NCBI RefSeq assembly: GCF_004010195.1
Contig: NC_057753.1
Span: 7,498,130-7,562,129 of the forward strand
DNA: 64,000 bases
Source of the DNA: Chiloscyllium plagiosum
Lineage: Eukaryota
Direction of reading: 5' to 3'
Part shown: in pieces, positions 1-12,762 of the stretch
How positions within the stretch are numbered: the first letter of the stretch is position 1
How the letters are laid out: every line of letters begins with the position of its first letter
Notes under the pieces: generated by a model
What the model was told of the DNA's origin: nothing
Database searches by the model: none
What the model saw: only the letters and a program-made list of their open reading frames with translations
Program-made: the position numbers and the translations under genes

Positions 1-189
1 CTTCAATAATATCATGGAAAAATTGATTGTTGCTCGTTCCCAAAATACCACAACCCAACCTGGATACGTTTTGGCCCTGATGTTCACCATGCAACACTTT
101 TGCCTCTGTATTCGCAATAAGCAATGACTCTGCCTCCTCTGCTTACTGGGAAAAGATTTTCATTTTCACAGCATACTCTGATAAAGAAA

Positions 190-800
190 ATAGAAATGCA
201 TGCAAGCACAGACTGTAATAAGAAACGCAAATGAAATGTTGGCATTTACTTCAGTAACAATAGAATTTATATGGAGGGAAAGATTGCTGTAAATATACAA
301 AACATTAGTGAGCCCGTGAATGGAATGCTGTGTACAGTTTTGGTGCTCTCACTTTGGCATGGATGCTGTTGAATTGCAGGCAATTCTGAAGACGTTCACT
401 GTATTGAATCAGAATATAAGGGGATCTTCATAGCAAGAGAAATTAAGCAGTTCAGAATTGCACTGTCTTCAATTTAGAAGAACGAGGGGAATTACAATTG
501 GGGTATTGAAGACACTCAAGGAATTGAAAATGTCGACAGTGAGTGGATGGTTTCTCGTGTGGGTGATCTAAAACTAGAAATCACAGATTGAGGATGGAGT
601 GCAGCAGAGTTACCGCAGCGGTACAATTCACTATCTTAACATTCAGAGCTTGCTTGACATTTGAGTAAATGAATTGTTACGCAGAACGGACAGGGGAGTG
701 GAGGCGATGGCAGGATAAGGTCAGCCATGACAGCAGAAATGGCGAAGCAGGCTCGAGAGGCTGAATTGCACAGTGTTGGTTCCTTCTTCTTTTGTTCTTC
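190..800 (+). mobile_element. CR1-clade LINE 3' fragment (degenerate)
   Basis: Decayed ORF2 C-terminus (ANEMLAF; YKTLV..ECCVQFW) followed by a CR1-type 3' UTR. Confidence 0.75.
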
Positions 801-929
801 TGTCTTCACGGAAGATAATGACTTTCTAATACCATAGAACGTGAAACGGTAGGTAGATTATCAAATAAAAAACGCATACATTGTAAATAAGTAATCCTTA
901 TCATGTCGGGATAGTGTGGCTGTAGTGGT

Positions 930-1360
930 TGTGACGAGGTCAAACAATTGGACCTTACTGGGGCTCTTCATCTGGTACAATCAAGGAGCTCTGGTTGATA
1001 GGTACAAAGAGGAATGTTAGTCGTTCTGTCAGTTTGACAAGTGACTGAATGACGTTGTACTCCAGGCAAGAACTGTCCATGTGCAACTAAAGCTTGACTT
1101 GGTGACAGGATACCGGCACTGTACAGCTATCTCTCTGGCATTGGACTAAAGCACGTCCCTGAAGCAACTCGATTGGAACAACCCTCATTGACTTGGGGAA
1201 GTATTTTGTAAGTGTGGATTAATTTGATCGACCTTAGCGTCAAGGATTGGGTTTAGGATGCGAAAATTTATTCTTTTCTGGGAGAATGACATTCTGAAAG
1301 ATCCAAATCAATGTGTAATTGTCCCTACCGGATGTGTAGACACAGGTTTTTCTATTATTA
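930..1360 (+). mobile_element. LTR plus gag-start relic of a Gypsy-like element
   Basis: TG start, LTR-like end (gacttggtgacaggataccggc), then a decayed gag-like N-terminus; recalled similarity only. Confidence 0.4.
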
Positions 1361-3149
1361 CTCGTGGAGGGGTTTGAGGATGCAATGATTGCATCAAGGA
1401 CAGACAGTTAGGCCTCGTGGAATATGATTTACTTGAGTAAGGCTGTTAATCTCGTCCAATTACAGAGCATTCGCTGACAGATGAAAAGATGGATTGGCAT
1501 AGATTCTGGAACTTTGAGAGCTGAATCTAAATGCGGCATGTATGTACAAGAGGGAAGGCGGAATAGAGACTTCTGTGGATTGATTTCACTAAAGAGTGCA
1601 GTGACACAGTGATTTTGAAAGTTGTTAAAGTACCCGCCTCAACCATTTCTGCTGGCAGCACATTCTGGACGCACACCACGCTTTATGGAACAAAGCCTGC
1701 TGCACTAGAAAACCTGGCTGCCAAGATATCGGTCTGCCTCCATGTCCATGTGCGACTCTTCCCCTTGAGCAGGTCACTTCTGGTTAGGTCAGCCTAAACC
1801 AGTTTCGGCCAAAGAGCATAGCTTGACTGTATTCTCAGTGGATACACGACAACTATAGGAATGACTGACTGCTTCGTAATTAAGATGCTGTGTTAGCTGC
1901 CATGAGTACGGGCTTTATTCAACATGATGTGCTCTGCATGGTCACACTCTGGCCTTAAAAGGCTGAGATTTCCTTTAGTTTTTCCGCTTTCCCTCATTGA
2001 CATGGGGACCCCACAGCGCCTTGTACGCCATTGGTAATTCCGCTATACTAGGAACAGAACAGCCCAGCTGGCAGCACTGTATTGACCTTACATCTATGAC
2101 CTCTGTCAACTAATAGATGCATCTGTGTCAACATAGCGGAAGATGATAGATGTATCACGCACTTCTTTCTGTAAGTCTGTGCAACGTAGCATCTGAATGA
2201 GGCTGTGACCTTAAGATCCACTGCTAGCACATCTCATCCCACTGTGAAGCTTCAGGTCACATTGAATGACCTGATACCACCCAGTGACCGGCCCATTGAC
2301 TCAGTGTCAGCTCACACTATGGTCCTGCATCAAATGTAGTATAGTAAGATGTTCTCTAAGAGTTTGCTAAGTCAGATTCCTTTCGACAAGCAAGCTCGTC
2401 CATACTTTCAGAGCTTCCCCTCTCTGCGGCATTGGGTCCACTTGTTTTCATGTTCCAGATATGGATGCTCTGTAACTACAATCTCTCTGCTTCTTTTAGT
2501 ATCGGGTCACCAAATTCTCTGCTTTCCCTGAACATTTAAACAGCTCACAGCCCCATCTCCGAAAAACCAGCTGAATCCCCTTTACTATGAATAACGGGAG
2601 TCAGACTGAAGCCTCTCAGGCATAAGTTTGATGACTCGTCTGTCGTTCTATGATAGGGAAAAAAAAGCTTATACCAGATCATTTAGGATTAATTGTGTCG
2701 GATTACTTAGAGATGATGACGCTGCTGAAAACAACTGGAAAGTTACTGGTTTTGTGCAGGGACAGTTGTTTTGGCTTTCAGTGAACCCCGTGACATCATT
2801 ACCTAGGGATGGATTTCTGCATAATGCAATGCCTGTCCAAGTACTGAAATCGTGCAGAATTGTATTAATATCATGGATTCTGCAGCACTCGTTGGACTCT
2901 AACTCCTTCTGAGATCATGAACGTTGTCAAGAAACAGCAGTCCTCCTGATGAGCCAGCATTACGTGGGACCCTCATGGGTAGAATGCAGCAAGACATGTT
3001 AAATATGTCTAAAGTAGCTCAAGCAAACAGATCCACTCATTAGTTTGCAGATGTTTCTAACATATCTAAAATATATTAAACAATAGTTTTATGCAATTTC
3101 AGGTAATAGATTAAATGTGCAGTGCACTATCATCTGGTTCAACTCAACG

Positions 3150-3455
3150 CCGGTGACTCAGTGCTGCCTCAGCGACAGGAACTCAGGTTCAATTCCATCC
3201 TTAGGTGAACGCCTGTGTGGAGTTTGCACATTTTCCACGTGTCTGCGTGGGTTTCCTCCGGGTGTTCCTGTTTCCTCCCACAATCCAAAAAATGCGCTAG
3301 TTAGGTGAATTGGCCGTGTTAAATTGCATAATGTTAAGTATATTAGTCAAGGGTAAGTATGGAGAATGGGTCTCGGTGGGTTACTCTTCGCAGGGTCGGT
3401 GTGGAATTGTTGGATCGAAGGGCCTGTTTCCAAATTGTAGGGAATCTAATCTAAA
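3150..3455 (+). mobile_element. HE1-type V-SINE
   Basis: tRNA-like head (ggttcaattcc B box), V-domain core (tgtgtggagtttgcacat..gtctgcgtgggtttcctccgggtg), LINE-derived tail and atcta repeats. Confidence 0.9.
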
Positions 3456-3891
3456 TAAAACATGAAGAACGCTTCCACGTGTTTTGAACACATGATCTGC
3501 TGGGTGCGACGAACGCAGGTGTTCAATGGACAGGCACAGAACAAATTTCAAAGACATTTCTCAGAGATGCTGAAACCCTCGACGCCTCAAAATGCCAGCA
3601 CTTGATAGTCTAGACAGCCTAAAACCAGGGGAAGCTAGACAATGATATAAACCAACATTGAAAATACCATCCGTCATTACTTCATCGAGAGCAAGCTGGT
3701 GAAATTTGGGGAATAGAATGTGCATGACCAGTTCGTCTGGACTAAGTTGCGAAGTGAGATATTGGAGGGTACAATTGTTATGAGGCCGAAAACGTATATG
3801 CTCACTTTAAAATGTATATTTTTTTCTGGAAATTTCAAGTAAATATATAGTACAGCCAGAGATGCCAGAACAGAGCACCGAAGAGACATGC

Positions 3892-4585
3892 TGTTCTAAA
3901 ATAGATACAAGTAGCAAATGGGCGTGAAATGGATACATGAGTTTTCCTGACAACAATTCAAATTTCACTGGTTAAACTATATTATACTTTGGATATTAAA
4001 ACCCAACTGAGTTTGAATTTATTGCATTGACAACATCGGTCCAATGACTGGGAATGGTGCAGTGTATTTTTGAAATTGGCCACATCAACTGCCATATACC
4101 AGAGAGCAAAGGCCATCCAACATAGTAAACATCTTACTCTCGAGGAAATTTCAGATGGTACTATCTATCAAAAGACCCTTTCTAATGAAAAAAACAAAGC
4201 ACACGCAGTAAAAAGAAAGAAGAGGAAACTCGGGAGCAGACAACGGAATCGGAATACCAGAGGGAAGACAGCATAAGAGATTGTGTGGATTTCAGATTAA
4301 GTTAACGTGCTATTTACTACATGTGTTATTGGTTGAGTATTTAATAGAATTGTGTTCATTTAAGGGATCGTGGCTAGGTGGGGAAAGAGTGTTGGGTTTG
4401 TTAATAGTTTTGTTTCGTGTCCACTGTTAGAGGTAGGAAAATAAATTGCTACTTTTCTTTAAATAATGCAAATTAGGAGTTCTGTTTCACTCACTTACAA
4501 TTTTAGCAGATTACGAAGCAAGGTGGGCTTCTTTTTGGGTGTTGAGTTCGTAATAGCAGAGGACTACGACCAACACTGCATAATG
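3892..4585 (+). mobile_element. Probable solo LTR, related to 30884-31532
   Basis: Shares blocks with the 30.9-31.5 kb element (gagtttgaattt..ttgacaa..ccaat; aaaataaa.ttg.tactttt). Confidence 0.45.
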
Positions 4586-4629
4586 GAATCATAAGAAGGG
4601 GAACACTAAATAAAGATAAGATCAGATCA

Positions 4630-4933
4630 CCTACCATGCTGAAACAGACACTTCGGCCCTTCAAGTGCACACTGACCCTCCGAAGACCAACCCACCCAGA
4701 CCCATTTTCCCTCTGACTACTGCACCATACACTATGGGCAAATTAGCATGGCCAATTCACCTGGCATGCACATCTTTGGACTGTGGGAGGAAAGCGGAGC
4801 ATCCGGAGTAAATCCACACAGACACGGGGAGAATGTACAAACTCCATACACACAGTCGCTCGAGGCTGGAATCGAAGCTGGGACCCTGGTGCTGCGAGGC
4901 AGCCGTGCTAACCAGTGAGACAACGTGCCACCC
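4630..4933 (-). mobile_element. HE1-type V-SINE
   Basis: Reverse complement has head, V core and tail matching the other copies. Confidence 0.9.
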
Positions 4934-5034
4934 ATGGTCACATCAGTTGAAATGATTTGTTATATAAATTCAGAATCTGCAGAAAGTAAACAGCCCAGCA
5001 AACAGTAAGTGCGAGAAGATAACAGTTCCATTTA

Positions 5035-5990
5035 GAGACATAGAGTCATAGAGATGTACAGCATGGAAACAGACCCTTCAGTCCAACGCATCCATGCCAA
5101 CCAGCTATCCCAACCCAATCTAGTCCCACCTGCCAGCTCCCGGCCGATATCCCTCCAAACCCATCCTACTCATATACCCATCCAAATGCCTTTTAAATGT
5201 TGCAATTGTAACAGCCTCTACAACTTCGTCTGGCAGCTCATTCCATACACGTACCATCCTCTGCGTGAAAAAAGTTGCTCCGTAGGTCTCTTTTATGTCT
5301 TTACCCTCTTACCCTAAACCTATACACTCTAGTTTTGGACTGCCCTTACTCCAGAGAGAAGACTTTGCCTATTTACCCTATCCATGCCCCTCATAATTTT
5401 GCAAACCTCTGTAAGGTCACCCCTCAGCCTCCGAGGATCCAGGGAAAACAGCTCCAGCCTGTTCAGCATCGCCCTATAGCTCAACTCCTCCAACCCTGGC
5501 AACATTCTTGTAAATCCTTTCTGAATCCTTTCAAGTTTCACAACATCTTTCCGATAGGAAGGAGACAAGAATTGCATGCAATATTCCAACAGTGGCCTAG
5601 CTGTATAGCTGCAACATGTCCTCCCAACTCCAGTACTCAATACTCTGACCAATAAAGGAAAGCATAGCAAACGCCTTCTTCACTATCCTATCTACCTACG
5701 ACTCCACTTTCAAGGAGCTATGAACATGCACTCCAAGGTCTCTTTGTTCAGCAACACTCCTAGGACATTACCATTAAGTGTATAAGTCCTGCTAAGACGT
5801 GCTTTCCCAAAATGCAGCACGTCGCATTTATCTGAATTAAACTCCATCTGCTAATTCCCAGCCCGTTGGCCCATCTGGCCAAGATCTTGTTGTAATCTGT
5901 GTTTGCCCTCTTCGCCATCCACTACACCTCCAATTTTGGTGTCATCTGGTGTCCTAACTAGACCTCTTATGTTTCGCATCCAAATCATTT
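5035..5990 (-). mobile_element. HER1/CR1 LINE 3' portion (relatively young)
   Basis: ORF 5329-5670 reads RPLLEYCMQF..YRKDVVKLERIQKGFTRMLPGLEELSY..RRLRGDL, a CR1 ORF2 C-terminus; (ctctatga)-type tail. Confidence 0.93.
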
Positions 5991-7007
5991 GTCGAGCTGT
6001 GTAAACTATTGCAATCCCCGTTCAGTCAACTGAGCTATCCGTCCAGCATGTGGAGAGTAGCTCACATTACCAGTACCATGCAAGGTTTACCTGTACTACA
6101 CATTTACATATCATTATGAATATTTGCAGCTCATGCTGTGACTAGTTTATATCTCCGTAAATTACTTACACCAATAAAAGGCGAGGGGCAGGGTGGCAGA
6201 CGTGACAATTCATTTTTACAGACAAATCACAGTGGGGGTATCAGTTTAAATGTGAACAATTGCCCGGGGTTTGCGCAACAGACAGATAATGACTAAAATG
6301 TATGACTGGATGTAATAATCTGCTTGAAAATATTAGAGTGAAGGAATTTCACAGAGTCTTTTGTTTTGTGCTCAATGAGCATAATGATGAGTGGACGGGG
6401 TTTTGGTTGGTGGAAGCATACGAGTTCAGGAGATTTGGCTGACCTTTGCTAATGTAATGTATCTGAAACTACAATCAAAAATTCTCATACCCTCATACTG
6501 GATTTCTCTGTTCATGACGTAAATAGCAGATGGTTTGATCTATTGAATTATATTCCAGAGATGATCACAGATGGCATTCAGAATAGTCGTGGTACCAGGC
6601 GAGAAATCTGCTCAGGCTTAAAGAGTCACTACAGGGATCACCATGCTGCTTCACTTTCAGATACTAGCTAGGGATGGGATGGAAGTAAATATGGCAATTG
6701 TGTTGCTAAGCAGAATTGACAATAACCTCTATTTTCCTAATGTGCAAGTGTCGAGGGCATTAATGCAATGAATCCTACTACCTGAAACTGAGCAGCTGAG
6801 CAGAGACCAATGAGGGACAGTACCTGAGCAAAGAAGGAGAGAGTGAAGTAAGCAAGTTTACCAAAACAATTGGTAGTTTTTACAGTGAATAACTGGATAC
6901 AGATTCCCAACAACAACGACAGTAATAAATAAGGCACATGAAATATTAAGAACAATAAACTAGCTTTAACCGGTTTCTGAAAATAATAACTCAGTCATGA
7001 AACTTAC

Positions 7008-7317
7008 CTTGCACTCCAACAATAGCCAGGATTGGATAATAAAAATATTTAATGATGTCAATTGCATATCTGATCTTCGCTGGTAAAGATAACCGATCAT
7101 AAAATGTTGAAAGATACCAAACATCCCCAGATAAACTTCTGTCGATATTTGTAAAATTCCAGTTTGTTTTTATCTGATCTGTTCTTGGATATATCCAACT
7201 TAGTGTTTCCAGATTCTGATCCATTGTTAGCACGTTCCAGTCTGTTCCAGAATCTGATCTTTTATAATTCTTCTGGAGTCGCTGATCCCTGTTAGTCGAG
7301 GTGACAGTCTTCCTCAT
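7008..7317 (-). CDS. GPR139-like GPCR gene A, exon 1 with extended N-terminus; exon 2 not seen in the window
   Basis: ATG-initiated 310-nt open exon ending IKYFYYPILAIVGVQ-G|GTAAGT (consensus donor, phase 1), at the same TM1 position as genes B and C. Confidence 0.8.
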
Positions 7318-7519
7318 ACTGTGCCAGAACAGCTTGAAACGAGTCCCTAGTTAATGGAAGAGGGAATTCCTCCTGTGACATATTTAGGATCCATGGAGAC
7401 AGATGTTGATCATGATCACTAAACAAAAAAGTTCAGTTAACCCCTTTCAAGACAGCACTTTTCATTTCACCATAAGTGGGCATTTTTATTCTGTCCAGAT
7501 GGAAATTATGGTGTCGGCG

Positions 7520-7730
7520 AGCATTGGTGCAACTCTTTTGGCTGGACGGTCGTTTTGTGGGGCAGTGTGATAACGAGAGCACGGGTGAAATTCCCGCATC
7601 GTGCAAAGGTTACCTTGTTGGATTCTGCTTCACAACCCTTCATGTGAAATGTGACAGCCCCACAGTGAAAGCAGCACCATTCGTGTCTCTGTAATGAGAA
7701 AGCCACCCTGTGGTCAGAGAAGACTATGTA
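7520..7730 (+). mobile_element. Old tRNA-derived SINE-like repeat
   Basis: B-box-like gggtgaaattcccgc and body ending tctctgtaatgagaaagccaccctgtggtc; recalled shark SINE pattern. Confidence 0.4.
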
Positions 7731-9787
7731 GTCTTGAGGTAATGAGAGTTGCTGAGAATATAATAATGGAAGCGGCTCAGGGACCAGCCCATAATCTTTC
7801 AGTCCTTATCATGTTTCCTCCTAGTAAGTGGGACTAGTGCCACAGAACTGACTGTTGAATAGGCTCCATCTTGTTTAGAAAAGGTGACACTGATAAAATC
7901 TGGGACGACAGACTATTGCATACAGTCACGAGAGAGGAAATTTCTACAGAGCAATATCCAGGTTAGCAATAATTGTTGCTCATTGACATTGTGTCGTATT
8001 GCTGGTATCTTTGAATGTTCTGTTAATACAGTATACCCGTTCTGACCACGAGAAATCAATGCGAGTGTTGAGACTGCTGCATCGGGTTTGGCAATCAGCC
8101 TCTCGAAGTTGTTACTGAATAACAGCAAGAGCCTATTCTACCCCTCGAATGCAGCACACAGAACAAGATAACATTAATCAGCATGTTGCCGCAATTCCAG
8201 ATGAAAACGAAGAGATCATTTACCAAAAGACAGAAGTTTTGTAGTAATAGTAGTTGAAAGGCAGTAACATTAAGAGATCATTCAGCCCCTCAATCACAAT
8301 ACAAGGAACAGCAAGAGCCATTCCAGACCGTTATACATGACTAGCGGGAGGACATTAAAGTTAACAGGAGCAGGAGTAAGCCAGTCAACTGCTCAAGACT
8401 GGTACACAGTAAAATGTGTAGCCATTCTGGATCCAGAATGTTGTTACCCAGCAGGAGGAAAGAAAAGGCGCATTGCCCTTCCGTTTGGTCAGGTGAAGAA
8501 GAGTCCTGCTCCACCTCTCAATTCGAACATGGCAGATCTGATTGTGACTTCTCCTCCTCCATCTTTGCAGAGATATCTTCTTTTGCAGACTCTGCTCCAT
8601 TTGTTCTCTATGTTTCCGATGCTGTGTCACTACCATCTCCATGCCTCATTGTTGTCGGGATGGGTGCATGGGTGGCTGCATAGCATGTGGTCTCCCAGAA
8701 TGTCAGCAGCTTCTCATAACTCGACCTGCAGGAAATCATCCTCAACATCTCCAGGTGTGACCTCAGTTGTTGCCATACCATCTGGATCAATTCGTTCTGA
8801 CCATACTCCGTTTCTTTGTAGCAGCCACTGTCTGTATTCAATATGTGACCATTCTCTTTCTGTGAATTTAAGCACTTCGCTTGCTCCAGAAGCAGGAATA
8901 GAGCTCAGTCATTTTGAAGCACTGTTAGTCATTAGACTGAAGCTATAAATTTGTGGCTGGACCATCCCGTAATGCAGAGACAGTTTTCATTCGTAACTTG
9001 GTATTTGGGATACGAACAATACCAGCAGCAATACTACTGGTTTAAGCTGTGACACTGCTAGACCAAGACGTTCTAGCTTTTGCTCAAAATGTGAAGTTCC
9101 AAAATGAAAAGACCAACCACAGAAAAAATGTATAAAATCGATTGAGTCAAATAAATGAACTAAATTTGGCATATGATTGCTACTGCAGTGGTCGTTTATA
9201 GAAGAGAAAACACAGCTCGTTCCAGAAAAGATAAGCTAGCATTACAATCAGAGGACGAGAGTTCATATCGTCAGCTATTGCATAGTCGGTGCAGGTATAA
9301 GCTGCCTTATCTCAATTCCTTTCAAAGTCCTTGTCTTTATATTGAACAGTGCGTTTTCCTACACAGCTTTGCAGAACTGGACTAGAACACATTTCATGTG
9401 GCTGCAAACTGAGTTGGAAAACTGTTTGGAAATGGAAAGAAACCGGTACATTGGATTATACTAATTTCCCTGGGGATTATTCAGAGATGCGACAAAAAAA
9501 AGCTGTAAACCGGTTCAAAGAACGCGAGGACGACCAAAGCATAGCTGTTGAGCAGTCGAGTGCCTGAAGTTAGAATTACAATCTGGGCAATACAATTAAG
9601 TTGGTAATGTGAACCAAGACAGAGAGAATTTCAATAACATTTCTCACAATAATTCGTTGTTTTTTCTATTCCACCAACTGCACATCATAGATTTAATACA
9701 AGGCTACATGACAAAAACAGCGATATGATGATCTCCGGTCTGGTTTACAGAAAAGTGGGGGCAACAACCCGTGCCCAAATAGTGAAG

Positions 9788-10440
9788 CAATTGTATTGAA
9801 TTTATTGTCACTTGTACAGACGCGTAGTGAAAAGCTTTGGCTTGCGAGCAATACAGGCAGATCACATAGTTGAATAGCATAGATAAGTAAATGATAGATA
9901 AACAGTGGCAAAACAAAAACGTTACAGACGAATGCTTAAGAGTTTGTGAGTCCATTCAGTATTCTAACAACAGTGGGGTGGAAGCTGTTTCAAAACCGGT
10001 TGGTTCGTGTGTTCAGGCTTCTGTACCTTCCCCTCGATGGCAGAGGTTGTAGAAAGCATTGCCAGGTGGGATGGATCTTTGAGAATGCTGGCAGACTTTC
10101 TGCAACAGTGAGCCTCGTAGATGGATTGTACAGATGGGTGGTTGGCCTTTGTGATTATCCAGGCTGAGTTCACCACTCTCTGCAACTGTCTCCGATATTG
10201 AATAGTACCACACTTGGTAATGATGCCACCAGATAAAATGGTCGCGATGGCGCACCTATAAAAGTTGGCAAGGGTATTCGCCATCATGCCAAATTTGCTC
10301 AGCTGCCTAAGGAAGAAGAGTCGTTGTTTGGGCTTTCAAATCATTGCGTCCACATGACGAGTCCAAGAAAGCCTGTTGTTGATGACAACTATACTTGTTA
10401 ATAGCACTCTCCACTTTTTCCACCTCTGTATTGTATAATT
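9788..10440 (-). mobile_element. Rex1/Babar-type LINE 3' fragment
   Basis: FYRCAIATILSGGIITKCG..LQRVVNSA..ILKDPSH C-terminal domain; aataaattcaat tail; same family as 57966-58700. Confidence 0.85.
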
Positions 10441-10469
10441 GGAGACAATGCATGATTGAACAGAAGGTG

Positions 10470-10860
10470 TTTGAAGAACAGTGACCGAATGCCCAGATGA
10501 AACCTTTGGAATACAAAGACGTTGCTGTTCCCCCAATTCTATATGGATATGAAACGTGGACTACCTATGTAGGCATCTCAAATCGCTGCAACAATACCAA
10601 TCCCTCTGAAAAGTCTGAGGGAGATCAGTTCACTAACAGGAGCATCTGGGTTGGGGCCAACATATCAAGGATCACATCCACCATAAATGAGCAGTAACTC
10701 CGATGGACCATTCCTCTCATTCGAAACCCCAGCTTACACCTCTAAAAACACAGCACGCATCCCTAGCTGAAGGATGGTCAGCGACCCGCTTGTGACCAAA
10801 AGAATAGCTTGGAAGGTAACGTCCAGATGAACCTCAAGAAATTCTAAATCAACACAAAAG
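10470..10860 (+). mobile_element. RTE-clade LINE fragment
   Basis: YKDVAVPPILYGYETWTTY...EQ*LRW, the RTE post-RT LLYGxETW / QLRW motif. Confidence 0.7.
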
Positions 10861-10885
10861 CTACAATACCATACCAACATCAACA

Positions 10886-11195
10886 TGACGGTACTGTGGC
10901 TCAGTGGTTAGCACTGCTGCTTCACAATGTCCGGACCAAGTTTCGACTCCTGCCTCGTGTGACTGCGCAGATTCTCCACGTGTCTGCATGGGTTTCCTCT
11001 GGGCGCTCTGGCTTCCTCCCACTGTCCAAAGATGTGCAGGTCTGGTGAATTGGCCATGCTAAATTGCTCATTGTATTTGATGCATTAGTCAGGGGTAAGT
11101 GTAACGAAATAGACTTGGTTGGGTTACTCTTTGGAGGGTCGGTGTCGACTTGTTGTGACAAATGGCGTGTTTCCACACTATAGGGAATTTAATCA
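10886..11195 (+). mobile_element. HE1-type V-SINE
   Basis: gtggctcagtggttagcactgctgc head, V core and tail. Confidence 0.9.
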
Positions 11196-12139
11196 ATGAA
11201 TGGCTACAAACGGGAATCATTGGAGAAGCATCGTCTAACAGAAAGCCAGACAGCAGTAGAACTCTCTGTGCTGTGCCACTACACAGAACGACTGTTGTGC
11301 GAGGAAAGACAGAGCATCAAGGTGGCCTTAAATCCCCCCACCCCACCCCCACCGCCCCAGTGGATCCCAGGTTTGGGTCTTCAGCCTTCTGAAGACACAC
11401 AACTTGGTGCTCTTATAGTGACTAATGATAGTCGACCTGAGTGATCACCGACGATGATAAATAGAAGTGTTGTTTCGAATTGGAGACTTATGCTGACGCA
11501 AAATTAACTACACAAAGTAGGACAGCACAGCCGCAGACTCGGTTGAGATTCTGTATTATCGGTCATTGTACATTGTTTTGCTCAAAACTGACCATGGTTC
11601 ATCGTCAGCCACTTAAGCACAACTCACTCGTATCAAGGCTCAGTGTGGTAAGTGAACATCAAATGTGGGAGCAGGGGGATTTACGTTTACACCGCTGTAG
11701 ATGTACAGAAGCTAAACCTGTTCCATCAGACCACTTAGCAAAGAAACCACGTTCTGATTTTGTGGCTAAAATATGGCATAAACGAAGGAAAGATCCTTCA
11801 GCATTCAAAATCTCATTCCCAACTTCCTTAGCTGATCTAGAATATACAGCCACAGCATACATTTCTGAAGATAGCTTTCAAGGCACGGTGACCAAAAAGA
11901 AAAACAAAATACAGTAAGAAGTTTCATTCTTTTAAATATTGATCAACAAAACGTGAACTGCACAACTTTTCGTAAACTCAGATGTTTGCTTTGGACAGTG
12001 ATCTTGGCCCTTGTTAGACGTAGAACAGCTTTCATGTTTTGGTGTCACGTGATTAACCCAGGTTGCAGGGACGAAAGTGCAAAGCTAAGCTGACCACGCA
12101 GAAGATGATAAGATATTCTTTTCAAGTGTTACCTTTTTT

Positions 12140-12255
12140 GCCAGTACCCAGAGAGATGGGTCATGTTGTTGGATCTTTGGTTTAAATCCCGTCACAGCAG
12201 GTGGTAGAATCTGAATTCATGAACGAAGCTAGGATTAACAGTCTGATTATGATAA
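12140..12255 (+). mobile_element. Old SINE head fragment (a related copy lies at about 56945-57065, minus)
   Basis: ggtttaaatccc B box followed by gcaggtggtagaatctgaattca; a reverse-complement match occurs near 57 kb. Confidence 0.5.
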
Positions 12256-12269
12256 TAGATATAGGGCAT

Positions 12270-12338
12270 CGCGGAAACTCCGTGAGTACAGTAATATGTT
12301 TTAGGGAAGGGACGTGCGATTCAAACTTGGGCGGGCCC
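12270..12338 (+). pseudogene. Possible decayed tRNA-Pro relic
   Basis: ttaggg..gggacgtgcgattcaaacttgggcgggccc resembles the tRNA-Pro 3' half (TTAGGG..GAGAGGTCCCGGGTTCAAATCCCGGACGAGCCC). Confidence 0.3.
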
Positions 12339-12542
12339 AAATATGATTCTAGACCTCGAGCAATGCAGTTACCTCGTCCCGTTCGGGTGTAGAAATAAAA
12401 TAAATTATTTGTTGACGACTGTCAATGATATAATTTTTGCAAAATGCGAAGTGCTATTCCAAGTTTATTCCCCTTCGAAAATCTTGGACTCTGTCCTTAT
12501 ATATAAAGACGCGGATATTATCAACAGTCAGAGTGTTTGGGG

Positions 12543-12618
12543 CCCTCGGTGTGATCTCAGCAGCTGGAATTGACGTTTCATCCCTAGAGAAATCTCAGTT
12601 TCATTCCGAAAGAAAGAA
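12543..12618 (+). pseudogene. Possible decayed tRNA-Glu(TTC) relic
   Basis: gtgatctcagcagctggaattgacgtttcatccc aligns loosely with GTGGTCTAGTGGCTAGGATTCGGCGCTTTCACCGC. Confidence 0.35.
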
Positions 12619-12762
12619 CCAGGATAGACAAATAAACACTGCTGTGTTAAAAGAAGGACAGGGAGGCTAATTGAGTTGAATCATGCGCAGGACAACACCG
12701 GCATGATTACTTGAAAGGTGATTATCATTGCTCTAAACTTTCTTTAGCGTATGCAATCAGAA

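Noticed and set aside
6991..7007. ORF-track tail KFHD after gene A exon 1
   Set aside because: Read-through past the GTAAGT donor into the intron.
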